Source of the DNA: Tubiluchus corallicola | Lineage: Eukaryota; Animalia; Priapulida | Direction of reading: 5' to 3' | NCBI GenBank assembly: GCA_030141605.1 | Contig: JAQGDQ010000278.1 | Coordinates: 240,208 to 304,207 of the forward strand | DNA: 64,000 bases | In this document: positions 38,501 to 53,500 of the stretch, in pieces | Position numbering within the stretch: position 1 is the first letter of the stretch | Layout of the letters: each line of letters begins with the position of its first letter | Program-made: the position numbers and the translations under genes | The notes under the pieces: generated by a model | What the model saw: the letters and a program-made list of their open reading frames with translations, nothing else | Database searches by the model: none | Told to the model about the DNA's origin: nothing

Positions 38501-41500
38501 AAATGCAAGGTTTGTTTCCAAATACTTCTTTTTTGGTTCCTTAAACTAAACTATTTTTAGTTTCTTTTCTTACGATTGTCGTGTGAAAGAGCGTTCTCTT
38601 ATAAATTATTTCAAGCTTGGACCCGTTCCAAGATTGGGGCCCAAGTGGTCAGTCCTGTCATGCATCATCTTTATTATTGTTATGGACACAGTCAAAAATT
38701 GCTGGATATGTTGTCTGTCTTGTTGAAGATTCGGCAGGAATAGAGCCAAGTTATATATGACAGATTCTTATTTATAGATGTTATTTTTTAAAAGTGTTTT
38801 TTTTTGTAGATATAACGTACTGACATGTACAAACAGCTTCAAGCACGTCATTTACGATGAAGGCGACATTGAAGATATGCCGGAATCTATAAAACAGTTA
38901 ATTGCGATAGACAGGTATGCAGATAATGTTTATGCAAATACTATGTAAACTTTTTATTTATTTTTGCATATTTTGTAACAAATATGTTAGGTCATTGAAG
39001 GATTTTATGTAGAAACCATAAATTATGTGTTTTTCTAATACTTTCTCATTTTAAATAGCTCAATATTGTAACAAACCTCTTTTTTCAAGTTGTTCCCACT
39101 TATTGGCGCAATAATTCTTGATTTCACGTGCAATTTTTGAATAAAAGGCAAGATGCGAAGACATTTGGAAAGCAGCTGTACGATTTTAGAATATAAATTT
39201 TGCTGGTAGGATGCTATTTGACCTGCAATATGAGGCAAGTTAAGGGACCAAGTGGTCATGTATACATAGTGATCGAAGTTAAGCAATGATGATGATGGTC
39301 AGTAATTAGAAGGGCTACTGCTACTAATTTTGATTGATTTACAAATACGAAACGTGCCACTGTCCAAGGCAGTTAATCTAACAAAATATCGGCAAGTCTT
39401 TGGTGAGAAATAATATACATGTTTCATTACCATTGCTGTACTTATCAGTTAACTTGTGTTCTGTATAACTGTTAACTAGTGACGCCGTCCCCACTTACAT
39501 CACATCAGTGACTTGTCATCTAAAGGAGTCGAAGTTGCTAAAAATATGATTTTGGAGTCGGAGTCGGGACTCGGGAGTACACTTATTGTTAGAGGAGTTG
39601 GTGTTGGAGTAGACAAATAGACAAACTCAGACTCCAGTCACTTTTAAAACAATTATACCTAATACTAATGTATATTAGGTCACATTAAGTTAATTATATC
39701 AGCAAAAGTAAACTGCTGACACTATTAATATTGCAAGCTTTATAAACTGCCAATACTACGAATATTGTAATATTTATTAATTTTCAATAAAATGCCGCCG
39801 ACATAGCTATTACCATTAAAACTCAAATTCGGAGAACTTGAGCATAAGAAGTAGCTTTATGATTCACTTGGTAGTGATGAAATGCCACTGTAGCAAAATA
39901 TTGAGAGTACTACAAACTAATATTTAAAGGCAGGAGTTGGAGTTGGGGCTCCTAAAATTTTAGGAGTCAGAGCCGGAGCTGGGAGCTTAATGTATGGACT
40001 GCACATCCCTGGTCTTTCTTTTCAATGCATTTAATGCGTAGAATGATGATTTTATAATTCCGACTGAATTGGCTGACAAAAATACTTTTACGTACCTCAC
40101 AACAAGAATCTTATTTTTGCAGCACCCGACCAAATCGAGGTCCGTGGGTCGTCACCCTGCAGTTGCCAGTTTACACTCCGTTTATGCAGTACTGCAGTAA
40201 TAGAGAGATGCGTGAAAATGCATGGTTGGCGTACAACTCTAGGGCTTCGTTCAGTGAGAAGACAACAAACAATAGTGCTGTCATTGAAGAAATTCGTACA
40301 CTTCGGTAAGTGCTGTTAAAGGAAGATGTGATGATTTTTCATATACTACCCCATTTTCAAGTACGGTAAAAAGTATACATTTAACACCAATAATACTACA
40401 ATACAAAAGTGTTTCTGATAATTAAATAGTAGATTAAACTCTTAATTAACGGCGGGTGAGCACAACCATTGATGGCGTCGCAACAGAACATAATTTCCAA
40501 CAGCACAAACATTCCATGAGCACGTTGCATGCATTTGCCAAAGCGAAGATTGAAGTACAGTGTTGCTGTAAGAGATTCAGCGTGTTGTACTTTAGACTCG
40601 GCAAATTTTAAGATAGAAATTCAAATTTTAAATTTACCGCTGTACTTATTCGTGAGCTGTCAAACGTGTGCATTATATCACAAACGAACACCTCTGAACT
40701 GAGAGGTACAGCACCTTTTTTTGTGCAATGCATTTCCGAAATGCAGGCACTTGTGCTCATCTAACAAGGCAAATGTAAGAGCGAAGAACTAGTAGCGCAA
40801 ATGCGAAATTGTGGTGGTGATTCTTTCACGTAAGTCATTCTTGAAAAAATAGTGTATTCCCTCCAAGATTCTTTTGAGCTACGTTGGGTCCAGTTTTCTT
40901 TTAAAGTTAAAAAATATAAATACAAATATAATATATGAGTCTAATAATTGACTAAAACTTTGCCGTTGTTTGAGCCGGCATTTCCCAGTTTAAAAATTTA
41001 GTTTTACACTTTGTAGACTTATTGTAAAATTATCTGATCTTTCTTTCTAGCAGTTATTCAAACTTGCTCTTCAGCAATGGCTTAGTTGTCATCTGATTTC
41101 TGTGAAAGCACCATTTTTTCCATTTTGGTCCACTTGTTGTATTAAGTAACAAGATAATAATGTACGAATTAATTCCAATAATAAAATATTTTGCTTTAAA
41201 TTAAGATCATTATTAGCTATGACCGTGGTTCAGTCAATGTAAATAAATGACTGGTATTGATTTATTTTTAGTCAAGATCAAGCTAGCATTCTGGGCTTTA
41301 ACAATTATGCAGAAATGTCAATGCAAACAAAAATGGCTGGAAATGTGAAGACTGTTCATTCTATGATTGCCACGTATGTCAAATTTTTGTTTTTGTTTGA
41401 AATTCGTTTTAGCTGGTCATCCGAAGCTGTTGCTTATGTAATATGGTTTGCATTAGAGGTTCATCTGTCTATGTACTTAGTAAGAATAATTTTGTTGTTG

Positions 41501-44500
41501 TTTTGTTCATGTTTTCTTGTTTTATTGCTTCAGTCTAACAAAATAATTCATGCATTTTAGCCACACAAAATTATTTAAATATTTTTATTCCCTGTCTATA
41601 GTTTAACTTGAACTAAAATGGATAAAAAATAAGCAGCAAAACTAAAAGTTCATCAGACAAGCTATAATAAAATATTTTGTATACAATTTTTTTAACCAAC
41701 GTGTAAATTAAATAGCCACCAGCTTTTATAATTTACTATTTTTATCAATAGATGTCGCATTACACCATAATGTAGAGCCAGTATTGCCATCCACTGAAAT
41801 TATTAAGGAAGTTAGTTTACTATTAGTATTAATTTTGCTTGTTAAACCTCAACTGCACTTCGTAAAATTGCTGCATTTCTGATGAGCAAAGATTTTGTAT
41901 GGTCCAACATCAAGCTAGTTTTTTCTGAGTTTTTATTTATTCATTTGTACATTATTTTCCTTAAAGCATTTGTGTTGTGTTAGGCATACAAAGTTTACAG
42001 ACAATTACTACCTGAACAAAGTAATCATACAGCAGTGCTAAATTGCTGGTTTTTGTTTTCTTAAACATTGGCATTACACACAGTAAAAACTTTTACTATT
42101 AGAAAATTGTCCTGCCAGCGACGTCTATTTAGCTACACTTGCTCACTGTTAATTAGGTTTCCATGGTAATATTTGATTAAGGATATTTTGTAATTATCAT
42201 AGGTAATAAATTTAAAAATGCTTTAGTCAATATTAGGATAGCTGTGTTTAAACATAGGCTGCTTTTTGTGATCTGCAACATTCAAATAATTTGTTCTGCA
42301 TTTCTTACACAGCTTAAAACAAAAGGCTTCGCCAGCAATGGAGGAAGAAATTTTACAGTTGCACGAATTTGCTAAGGAACGTGGTTTTGCGGGAACGCTA
42401 GAGTGGTGGGATATACCATACTGGCGCAGAAAACAAAAAAACTCATTATTTAAGTAAGTTATTAACTGTGTTTTCATCTTGTCGAAAGTCTAATTCGCTA
42501 ATGAACTCGTGTAATAACTCATTTACCATTTTCCAGTATAACCTATTTTGCCATAACAACACATAGGTTTCGAAGTAGCTTGTTTCTGCTAAAAATAGCC
42601 AGAGATTTCAACTTGAGCATTGTGCTATTCATGCTAATTTGCGAATCTATTATATTGGTAATTGTTGACTTTATGACCCGATCACAACTTAATTAATTAA
42701 TTACAAAAAGCTAATTATAACTCACATCTAAAGTTCTAAATTCTTCATCGCAACAACAATATCCATTTCATGACGAAACCCACTGCATGATACATTTTAT
42801 TAATTTTTTTTAAATTTTTATCAGAAAAAACAATAGCAGGCACCATCAGCAGATGTATGATTACTAGAATGCATTAGAAATTATTAGAGATTTTTTTGTG
42901 GAAATAATATTTCCTTATACTTTTTTAAACAAATTAATTTAAAACCGCTATCTGTTTTGATAAATTCATCCTTTCTTGCACATCACAAAAGGGTTGCAAG
43001 ACTAAAATATATGGATCCCCGACTTGCATTGAAGTTGTCTTATGATCAGTCTGCTGGAACTGATTGTGGTTGTAAGTCCACGACTACCTGTATTGTCGTT
43101 AATAAAACTACACTTAATAACACTATTAATTTGTTTTTTTGTTTTGTATATATTATTTGATTTTTTTGTTGCTATTTCACTAATTTAAAGATCTAAATAA
43201 CCACAACAGACCTTGAAGTTTTTTAATGCATTATTATGATTACACAAGGAATTCATAGTTATTATTAAACAAAATAAACTTATAAATTAAGTAGCCTACT
43301 TTTATGTCGAATTTTGATTGCGTGCATTGCTGTAAAGATCACCATGTTTCGCATCTTTGGCGCGAGTATGACGTAAAGAGTGCGGAAAGCTTCTTTGGTT
43401 ACCGATGTTTGTTTGCTGATCTTTGATCACCTATTGACTTTACGCATAACATCATTCGTCTCGCGCAATGAAAAATGACAATTCTTCGTATTTAATACCG
43501 CTAACAACAAAGTGATCAAAAATCAAAAGGAAAAGGTTTTACAGTAAGTTTATAATAAAATAAATTGAATATCCGTGATGAGAGTAGGATTGTATGTTGT
43601 AAAAGCTTATATTATAGTTAGGGTTTAGTTTGATTTTAATGTTTTTATTCTTTTTAGCATAGACGATGAAGAGCTTAGACGATATTTTTCTCTTCCTAAA
43701 GTACTTGAAGGCTTATTTACTTTAACTAGTCAATTGTTTGCGGTCACTATTAAGGTTTGTAAAAGTTCTTTCATCAATAGCTAAGTACTGTTTTGCTGTA
43801 CACACATCTTGCCATAAAACTTTGTAAGAAGTCGTGTTTTAATCTTCAGTTTGAATAGTTAGTCATTGGAAATTCATTAGGTTCATTAGCTTATAAGTAT
43901 GGTCGATCATTTCTTTTTCAGCTTGACTTTATTGGGATGGGGACATTTTTGCTCAGTAATTTTTTTAGTTAGTGATGTTCCCTCCTTATGCAACTCAATT
44001 TGTTTTCTTTGTTTTTATTCTCAGCAAAGCTTAAAAGATTTTTTTGTCTGGGGATAAAAATAAAAAAAGTACTGTTTATCGGTTTCGGAGTAATGAAATC
44101 AAGAAATTTGGGGAGGGTTGTTTTTCATTACTTTGCATAGTTAACACTGCCTCTGCAACACTGAAGTCTTGTACTAGCAGATTGTTAACGTATTTAAGAT
44201 TTATTGATTATCTATTGTATTATCACATTTTGCATTAGAGCAATTATAACACTACAATTTGGTACAATTTGTAAAACTAAAATTTGATACGTATAATGGC
44301 TGGTTATAAAAAGAAAGTATTTTACATTTTGTAGGTTGTCTGTGGTTTCAGTTTTTATAACTTTTAATTTGAACATTTTTATAACTTTTTTATACTTTCA
44401 AGTTTTATACTAAGTTTGGTTATAGTATGGAATGTTCACACGTGCATGGACACATGCATGCATGCAAGCATGTGTGCACATATACACACATGCGCATACA

Positions 44501-47500
44501 CACTCACATGTACACACTCTCACACATGCATTACATGGTCACATACACTTTGTAGAAACAAGTAGATGTCTGTAGTGGTATAAATCAGCTAAGATTTTGT
44601 TTAACCAGCTACAAAGAGTAGCACTCTTCTCAAAGTATCCATTTGATTGTGTTTACATTGCATGTATATAGTGCACTGATTAAATATTTTAGTGTTTCTT
44701 AAGTAAGTTAGAGTGGCTTAATCCACAGCCATGGTATTCTGTACATCATTTTTGTGTTATTTTAATCTAGAAATGTGCTGGTGAAATTGACGTGTGGGAT
44801 GAAGATGTTGAGGTGTTTAAGGTTTTTGATGAAGGAGGTAAGAATTTTTAAAAATTGACCGTTGTTGTATACTTGTATATCTTAATATACGTATGTTCAC
44901 AAAGTATTTGCTCAAGTTGCATTTATTGGTTTGATGAAGCAGACATCAGATGTCAATCAATTAAGCAATCAATACATAGATGGCAAAACGTCAATCAACC
45001 AGCAGGGGTCCACCTCACAAAGGCCAATCAGCTTCTATAGTGGTTAACCTCAGTTGGGGCCTAGAGACTTGCTCCTAAGCTCAGTGGTATTTGCGCATGA
45101 AGCATTACATGAAATATACAGTGAGAGTATGAGTGCTTCATTAGTTGTACATTTTTTGTCCCACACAAAACTAAAATTTATTCATCAGTGAGGAAAAGTA
45201 TAGAATACTTATGGCGGTACCCAGAAAGGTTTAGAGATCAACTTGTAAGTTTCCCTAATTCAAAAAAAACTTTTAGACAAGTGTCACTGATGGATCCAAG
45301 CATGTGGGAGGCCACATGAACAGCTCATCTCATTAAAAATTAATAAAAATCATGCTGTTTGCTCCCTGACAGATCACCCAAAGTGCACTGAATGTTCTTC
45401 TCCAAATGTAGGAAAGCTTGGTATAAGTAAGTTTGATACTGGTAGATTTTGCTACAAAACATTTTTGTAACATGAAAAATTTGGTACAGGTAAACTTGGT
45501 ATTATAGTTTTTAGGACTGTACTTAGAAAGTGTGGTACAGGGCAGCACAAAATGACAAAAGTAACAATGATGACCACGATGATGATGATGATGTTGATGA
45601 AGATGATGATGATGATAATAATAATAATAGCTATTCACTCTGCTATTAAAAAACAAGTTACAAACCTTTTCAATTTCACTTTTACTTAATACATAACTTA
45701 CAGTTTTATAATCGTCTACCTAACTTATAAATGACGTTTCTACTCACTGAATTACCCATTGTGTTTTCTCATTATAAATGTGCTTATGATTGTAGTGCTT
45801 CTTGTCAAATAAAAATATTGTTTAAGCTAATGAGAAATAACAAACAATGGATGAACAAACAAACAAACAAAGAACAAAAACAAATGCAACAATATGAATC
45901 TCTGTAACTTTTTAGAGTAGACATAAATATATTTTTGTAGTACCAACTTTCCTTGTACCAAACTTTTACCTGTATTGAATTTTCCTAGTACCAAACTTTT
46001 CCAGTACTAAACTTTCCTAGCACCAAAGCTGTTCTGTATCATTTTTACTTTGTACCAGATGCTTGAAAAAACTTGTGCCAGTGCTGTATTTACCAGTACC
46101 ATATTTTCCTTCCACCCAATTTTCCCAGTGCTATGATTTCGCTGTGTCAAAAATTCCTAGCAGCAAATTTTCCCCGTTGCCAAAATTTCCTTGTACCAAA
46201 ATTATTAGGACCAGATTTACTTGTACCAAACATACTAGTACCAAACTTACTGCACACCTGATTCTCCATATTTTTCAGTATGTTTACATGCTGTAGGGAC
46301 CAGCAGCGAGCGAGTTTGTGAGAATGTGTTATGTCATCAAGAAGGGCGGAGTTAAACGTGGTTTATGATCTGCCTATAATGTTGACCACTAGTTAATTAG
46401 TAATATTTTGTTCTTTTTTGTGTTTTTGTCTGTATTATTTTTGTGTATATTTTTTCTACTTACATTTGTTTATTATAAAATTCAATATTAATTTAGTGTC
46501 TCTTTTTTGTTTGTCTTTTTTACGTTCCACGTCAATATAGAGCAATTTCTTTGAAGCATCATTTATTTAGTTCTAATGCTTTACATTAAGAATTATTAGT
46601 CTTATTGGAAATCTTAAGATATGGCTTCATGTTGATGCAGCATTATTACGAATATAATTTTCCCTGTTTATTTTCTCATTTTTTTCAGAGAAACAGATAG
46701 CTGCATTTTTTTTAGATCTGTATGCACGCCCATTTGAGAAGATGCCTGGAGCTTGGGTGGAATCAGGCAGAAGTATGTTTTCCAGTATTGCTTGAAGGTG
46801 GTAACTTTTTAAACAACTTTAGTTCATTATTGTCAAGCCGAAACAATTGCTATTTTTTTGGAAACTCCAATTTTCATTCTTTTCGACAAATATTGTTAAA
46901 CAGGACATATTACTGTAATAAATACTTAAAAAATGTATGATGAGAGTCACTGGACTGATGTTGCCACATTATATCTGTAAATCCTGTGTTATTTTACAGA
47001 TAGGAGCGATATATGCAATGCTATGCCGTTAGCTTATGTCAATTGTAACTTACCTCCGCCAGTGTTGAACCAACCTGTCCTGATGAGTTTTGATGATGTT
47101 CGCACATTGTTTCATGAAGTAAGTGTCTATAGAATTTGTTTTTTTATTTAAAATGTTTAATCGTTGATTGAGATTAGCAGCTTGCAACAATGTTTGGAAC
47201 ACGATACATGAACGAATGCAAGAATGGCTGCTATTTAACATGTGAACAGAACGAGTGGAATTTTAGACATTTTTTATAATACAGGAACGAAATATAGTAC
47301 ATTTGGAAAAATAATGACAATACGCAAAAAACAACAGCGACAAAATGTTATAATAATTTGTTGCTTGTAATAACAAAACTTTCCTATCAACCCTACCAAT
47401 TGAAAGACGATTTATCTAATCATACAGGAACTGTGGCCCCTTATTCTGAAACCAGATGGTCAGTCATAGGTAGGCAGATGGTTAGTCATAGGTAGGCAGA

Positions 47501-50500
47501 TGGTTAGTCATAGATATCTTTGCATATGCAGCAGCATAATCAGCCGCAAAATTAACAGAATCTTACGTTGTAAAATAAAGTAGCTAACTGAGTTTATTAC
47601 AAATTTGCTCACTGTTGCTTTTATCTATTTAAGCAGATGAAAGTAAATGTTTTCAAAGTAGATGTAGATACATGTAGATGCTGAAGAAAGTAGATGATAC
47701 CTAGATGACGTAAAATTAGATATAGGTTAAAGGTAGATGATGCAAAAATAGATGTAGATTAAAGGTAGATGATGCAAAAGTAGATGTAGGTTAAAGGTAG
47801 ATGATGTAAAAGTAGATGTAGGTTAAAGGTAGATGATGCAAAAGTAGATGTAGGTTAAAGGTAGATGATGCAAAAGTAGATGTAGATTAAAGGTAAATGA
47901 TGCAAAAGTAGATGTAGATTAAAGATAGATGAGAAAAAGGTAGATGTTCCAAACACTGACTTGTGTGTCAAGTAAAAACTGAGCTTTTCAAAAACATGTT
48001 TACACATGAAAAGTTTTCTTTTGGGTCACTGAAAGAAATAAATTTGTTCTTTTTTACCTTCTATGGCTCTTACTAGTCTTGACTGTCTTGAAACCCCACT
48101 ATTCTAGCTAGCAATGAATGACTGCCCTCTTGTAAGTTTTGTTGGTTTTTTAAAGTTAGCAATGTTAAGCAAATTGTTATGTTAAAATTTAAGACAATTT
48201 GTCATATCTTCGTAAATCAGCACAATAATATCATGAAAAAATTCAGCAAAATTGGCATTTTATTGCCCATTACAACAATAGTGTGAGCATGGCTAGAGCA
48301 GTTAGTCAAGTGTTTCTGTCTGTCTTGTCTGGAAAAGACCTGGAAAGACATTACATTTAGGTTCAAAAGGTCAAGGTCGTAAGACCAAAAAATGTAAAGT
48401 TATATATCAGGGCGTGGTTCTGAACTGCTACTGAGTGCCCTGATGAGATAGCTATGTTTCTTGAAGATATCTTTTGGTTGACAATCTTTGTATATCAGAA
48501 AAGCACATCGACAGCCTTTCCGTTTCTATGTAAATTTTGTTAATTACTAATTTCTTGGGGCAGTATGATACTTGTGCGAAATTGAGGAACTGATTATGCT
48601 TTTGTAATGTATTGTAGTTTGGACATGCTCTCCAACATCTGTTGACCGTCATGCCATATACAGATGTAGCCGGGTTAGCAAATGTGGAGTGGGATGCTGT
48701 GGAGATTTGCTCCACATTTATGGAAAACTGGTTGTACGATCGACATACGATGAACCTGATCAGTGGTCATGTTGACACCGGTGCCGCATTGCCTGATGAC
48801 ATGTTGAATAGTTTAAGACAAGGTTGCCATGTTTTTAAATTGTCTTAAACAAATACTGTGTTTTTTACATGAACATGAAAACCATGGGAATAGAAAGAAC
48901 AACCTGTGCGAACAAATTAAGGGATATTTTGCTTACAAGACTTTATTATCAGAAAATTTTAAACTCTCCCTGAAAGTGATTAATTGATTGCTTCGTTGAT
49001 TGGTTGGTTGGTTGACTGAACCACTGAGTAGCTGACTAACCGACTGATTGGCTGATTGTAATTATATGGTTGTTTAATTAATTCAGGAAGTTATAATGCA
49101 CTTTTTATGAACACTTTTTAAAATATTTATGTTGTTTTCCACTATTTTTTGCATATTTTGTTAGAAAATGTAACCCTTGTTTTCCACTTTTAACTACTAA
49201 CTTACTTAACTAACAGTATTACAATATTACGTAATAAAGAATATTGCATAATTACATAAATACAGTATTTCTTTTAGAATTTTAACTTGTAAATGCAAAG
49301 TTACAAAAATTATACATTAACTTACAAAATTTTCATTGGTTATATATTTGCCTTATCTGTATATGGTATAAGAATAGTTGCACTAAAATGTGCATTTTTT
49401 TGAAATTTAAATTTGGCAATTCCATCTGAATTATCAGTGCATGAATTTTTCGCAGTTGCTTATGTTTTCGGCACATTGAACAAATATTATAATTTGAATG
49501 TTGGTTCATAGTAAATTTAATTGATGCATGGCTATTTGTAAGTGAATTAACTATCAAATTGATTAATTATTGATTAACTCTATGCAGAATGATTTACACT
49601 TTTTGCTATTGCTTATCAATGCACAACGCTACTCATCAATTCATTGCTGAACTTGTTATTTTTTGCTTCCAGTTAGGACACATCTAAGTGCTTTTGATAT
49701 GTGTAAGCAACTATATCTCAGTGCATTTGACCTGGAAATGTACACCACGTAAGTGTTATTCGAACCGTCCATTTACTGATTAGTGTAATCATGTAGGATG
49801 TTGTGTGAGGTCAATTCTATGTCTGTCTTCAGTAATTATAATGATGGTGTGCTTCTAGTTTGAAATAGCTGTGTTTGTGGAGGTGTTGATAGGTTTCGTG
49901 TGACAGCTTTTGCAGTAGCTTCTGGGTTACCCTCATTGCTCTAGCTAACATATATAAGCAAAGTAAACTAGTACGTACAGTAAGAATTTGCTTGACAATG
50001 CAATGCGTTCCAGCAAAACGTGACGTTAAGCAAAATGCCATAAACCAAACCTTCCATAGAAAGTATTTTTAAAGAACTGAGATATGTTCTGAAAATCAAT
50101 GATGTTTAAATCATGTAAATTAAGCATTTTATGAGGTTTACTCATATTTCTACTGATTCATTTCTTTTTTGCTTGCTTGAAGCCACCTATCTTTCTTACA
50201 ATTGAAGCCCTAAACACTGCTTAGTGAAATCCCAGCCCCGGGATGACCTTGGGGCAGTTTCATCCAAATATTCAGTCTTATTGCTATAGCAACAGTTTAC
50301 AGGGCAAAATTCCTTAGCATGAACTTTTCCTGGAGGTATAAAAATTGCAAACAGACCTCACTTGATAGAAACAGCTAGCATTTAGTAGTTAGTTGGGAAG
50401 CAAAAACATACAATAATTGTACTGTTTTATATTACTAGTGTATTTTTAGAACTGTTTTAATGCTTCAGATTAGTAAAAAAAAGTTGTTGGTGAGATAAAA

Positions 50501-53500
50501 AATGGCTTGAGCAAAGTAAAAAAATTGTCATGAAAATTAAATGCGTGTCGTTAATTGAGAAAAAAGGTGTCAAATGTTTATCATCGTTAAAACAAAATAT
50601 CTTTGACTCACTGAACGGGTAATCGTTAAACGAAGATTTACTGTGATTTGTTTTTACCCATAACTTGCATTGATTTGTGCAACTCACATTTTTCATACCT
50701 GAAGTCCGTTCTCATAAACAATGAGTTAGGAGAGGGCCTTAATGAACTAATAAAAAACTACTCTAAGATGTTATTACCAAAGTATGATTTCATAAGTCAT
50801 ATTATTCATTATAATTTGTAATACTGATTTGTAATGTTATTCTTTTAGGAAGACATTTTGGTTAGATGTATTGAGACAATTGTTACCTCAGTACATGCCT
50901 ATGATGTCTGTTCACAAAAGAGATGCTCATCCTTGTTCTTTTACTCACATATTTTCGGAGGAGTATCCAGCAGCATTTTATTCGTACAAATGGTCAGAGG
51001 TATTAATGATTTATCGTCAAATGATCTCTTTAGACAAATAGAGTAGTATAGCAGCCTTTTTAAGATGTGCCGGTGGTGTACCAGGATTTAGTTGCTGTTA
51101 CTATGATGGTAACTTTACTTGTGATGAACTTTTGAAACACTAACCTCCTTCAGTTTTTCAGTTGAGTGTAATAAATAGTCCCATTTCAATAGATACAGAA
51201 TAGCCCCTGCCTAACAGTGAGTGTAATAAACCATTTCACAGTACCAGCAATTTATGATTATCGTGAAAAGATCAAAGATCATTTGTGTACACTTGACAAT
51301 GCCTCGCAGCCCAAGCTCTTGTAATAATAACAGTTTTAACAGCTAGCTAGTACCTTACATAGTTTATTTTTTCTTTTTCCCAAGCATGATCCTGCTAGTA
51401 AATCACTCTACCCACAGACTAATGCATAATTAAGTAAAGTCCATGTAAAACAACAAGGAAATGGCATCACAACCGAAGTTTACTAAACTAATGTGGCAGA
51501 TGGATTTGCTTTACTCACATGTCACATGGCAGTTGCAGTTAAGATACATTGCTGGTGTTCACTTAACTTTTGACCTACAGCAACTGCACGTGCACACAAT
51601 GAAACTGTGAAAAAGCTTATCTGAGGCAGTGGAGTAATAGTAAAAGTTGAAAGCCTTTTCTATTTAATTAATACTTATCCACATTTATACATCCTCCAAG
51701 GTATCATCAAAAGGATTTTAAATTTTTAATAGTCGAAAGCTGTTTGTGTACATTTTCAGATGCATTAACTTTTACCATTTAAAACGACTGCACTTATATT
51801 TTCAAATTACTTGTTTGATTATCCTGACTATTATTTGGTATTCAAAAACACTTTAGATCAAGTGACGGCATTTTTTAGATTTGATTTTAGCTATTAACAT
51901 ATATTGATAGCAAGTTGTGCTACGATAATGTAGGTCTAAACTTCATAGCTGATTTTTGAATTTGTTTGTAAGTCAACATAATTTAATTATGTTAACTAGA
52001 ATAACATATTTTTATGGTCTAATTTAACCCTTTATATTGTTTGTATTGAGCGTCAAATTGCAAAACATATAATAAAACTTCGGAATTGTATAAATACTTC
52101 AAATAACTGAGTGTTAAAATCTTTGGCAATACTGAACCTGCAATCAAGTATTTCTATTTTGGGAAAAAATAGAATAAAAGCATTAGCTAGTTGTGGAGAT
52201 ACTGACGTCGATGAAAGTACAAAGTGTAAACTTGTAACGAAATTCAATCAGTATTAAATTATATATTAACAGAATAGGTCTGTAGGCATAGTAAGGCTCA
52301 CACTTTTTAGTTGATTTAACTGTATTTATTAGTGCAACAGTGATTAGAATGGATACATATATGATCATTAATAATTATAGAAAAGTGATCAGCTAACAGG
52401 TTTATATGCAACCTATATAAAAGCCTCTCACTCATTGGCAGTCATGACGTGTAGTTTTAAGAAGCACAATAGATTGGTGATATATATACATATACATACT
52501 TATCCTCCTATATATACCTGGCCTCATTTTTCAAAGTTGAAATTTTGACATAAGTTATATGAATTATTCAGCAATGCCAAGTATGGGCCCTCAAGCTTGA
52601 GGTGCCCTAGGCTGTAGCATATACTAGCCTATAGAGTAATCCAGCCCTGGTGGTAATACTTGTATGTATACTATATTTTGTGAATAAAGAATGAATATAT
52701 ATTATATGTATAAAATTATATAATTTTTTGTTTGTAGATGATGTCAGCAGACTTGTTTAGTGCATTTGAAGAAGTGGGATTAGACAATAGAGATGCTTTG
52801 GGAACAGTTGGAAGAAGGTACAATTTTCTTACACATGCTTTAGTTTTATTATGTTAATATAAAACTAGCAAAGGCCCCGCAAAACATTTTGCGTATAAAT
52901 GTACTTATAATCAATAATGCGGGAACATCAGAGTACAATGGAATGATGTCAGAAGAATGTAAAACGTCAGCAGTTTTCTAAGCGAGTATCGCCCGAAATG
53001 GAACCTCCAATCAACTCCTAGCCCTTTGGTGTGGGTGAGCCAAAAAAGACACTCACCATTGTGTAGTTCTGTCTCTCCTGTTTCTAAAGAGCTATAAACC
53101 CCATCCATCTAGAATTGGGTAGTTGGGTCTGGGAAAAAGCCTGTTGAAAGAAACCTTTGGCCTGCCACAAAGTCCAAATAAGCCTATAACAGTCATTGTT
53201 GAACGGGCTATCTAACCATTATAGACACCGCCCTGACAAAAAAGTTTTGCAAAAAAGGTTTTTTGCCCCCCCCCCATTCCTCTCGGTGTCCCTGACACAA
53301 AAAATAAACCATCAATGTGACCACACTAGTTCGAAACCTTTCATTTGATTTATAGATCACCGAAAATGGTGCCGTTATCGAATCTTATATTAAATCCAGA
53401 TACCACCAAAATTAATTATGCAGGCCATAATACAATAGCTTTCTTCCCATTTTTGTAATATTGAGTAAAACTGTTGTACCGAAATCTCCTTGTATTTTTT

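Noticed and set aside
40326-40420. Intronic C/D-box snoRNA candidates (also ~46938-46980)
   Set aside because: Box-like words are present but there is no terminal stem or recognisable guide; expected by chance in AT-rich DNA.
45333-45656. His-rich ORF
   Set aside because: It is the antisense translation of a (GAT)n/(AAT)n microsatellite inside a foldback repeat.
47697-47947. 32-bp repeats as a CRISPR array (also the 26-bp array at 63426-63600)
   Set aside because: Head-to-tail tandem units with no unique spacers, in an animal genome with no cas genes.
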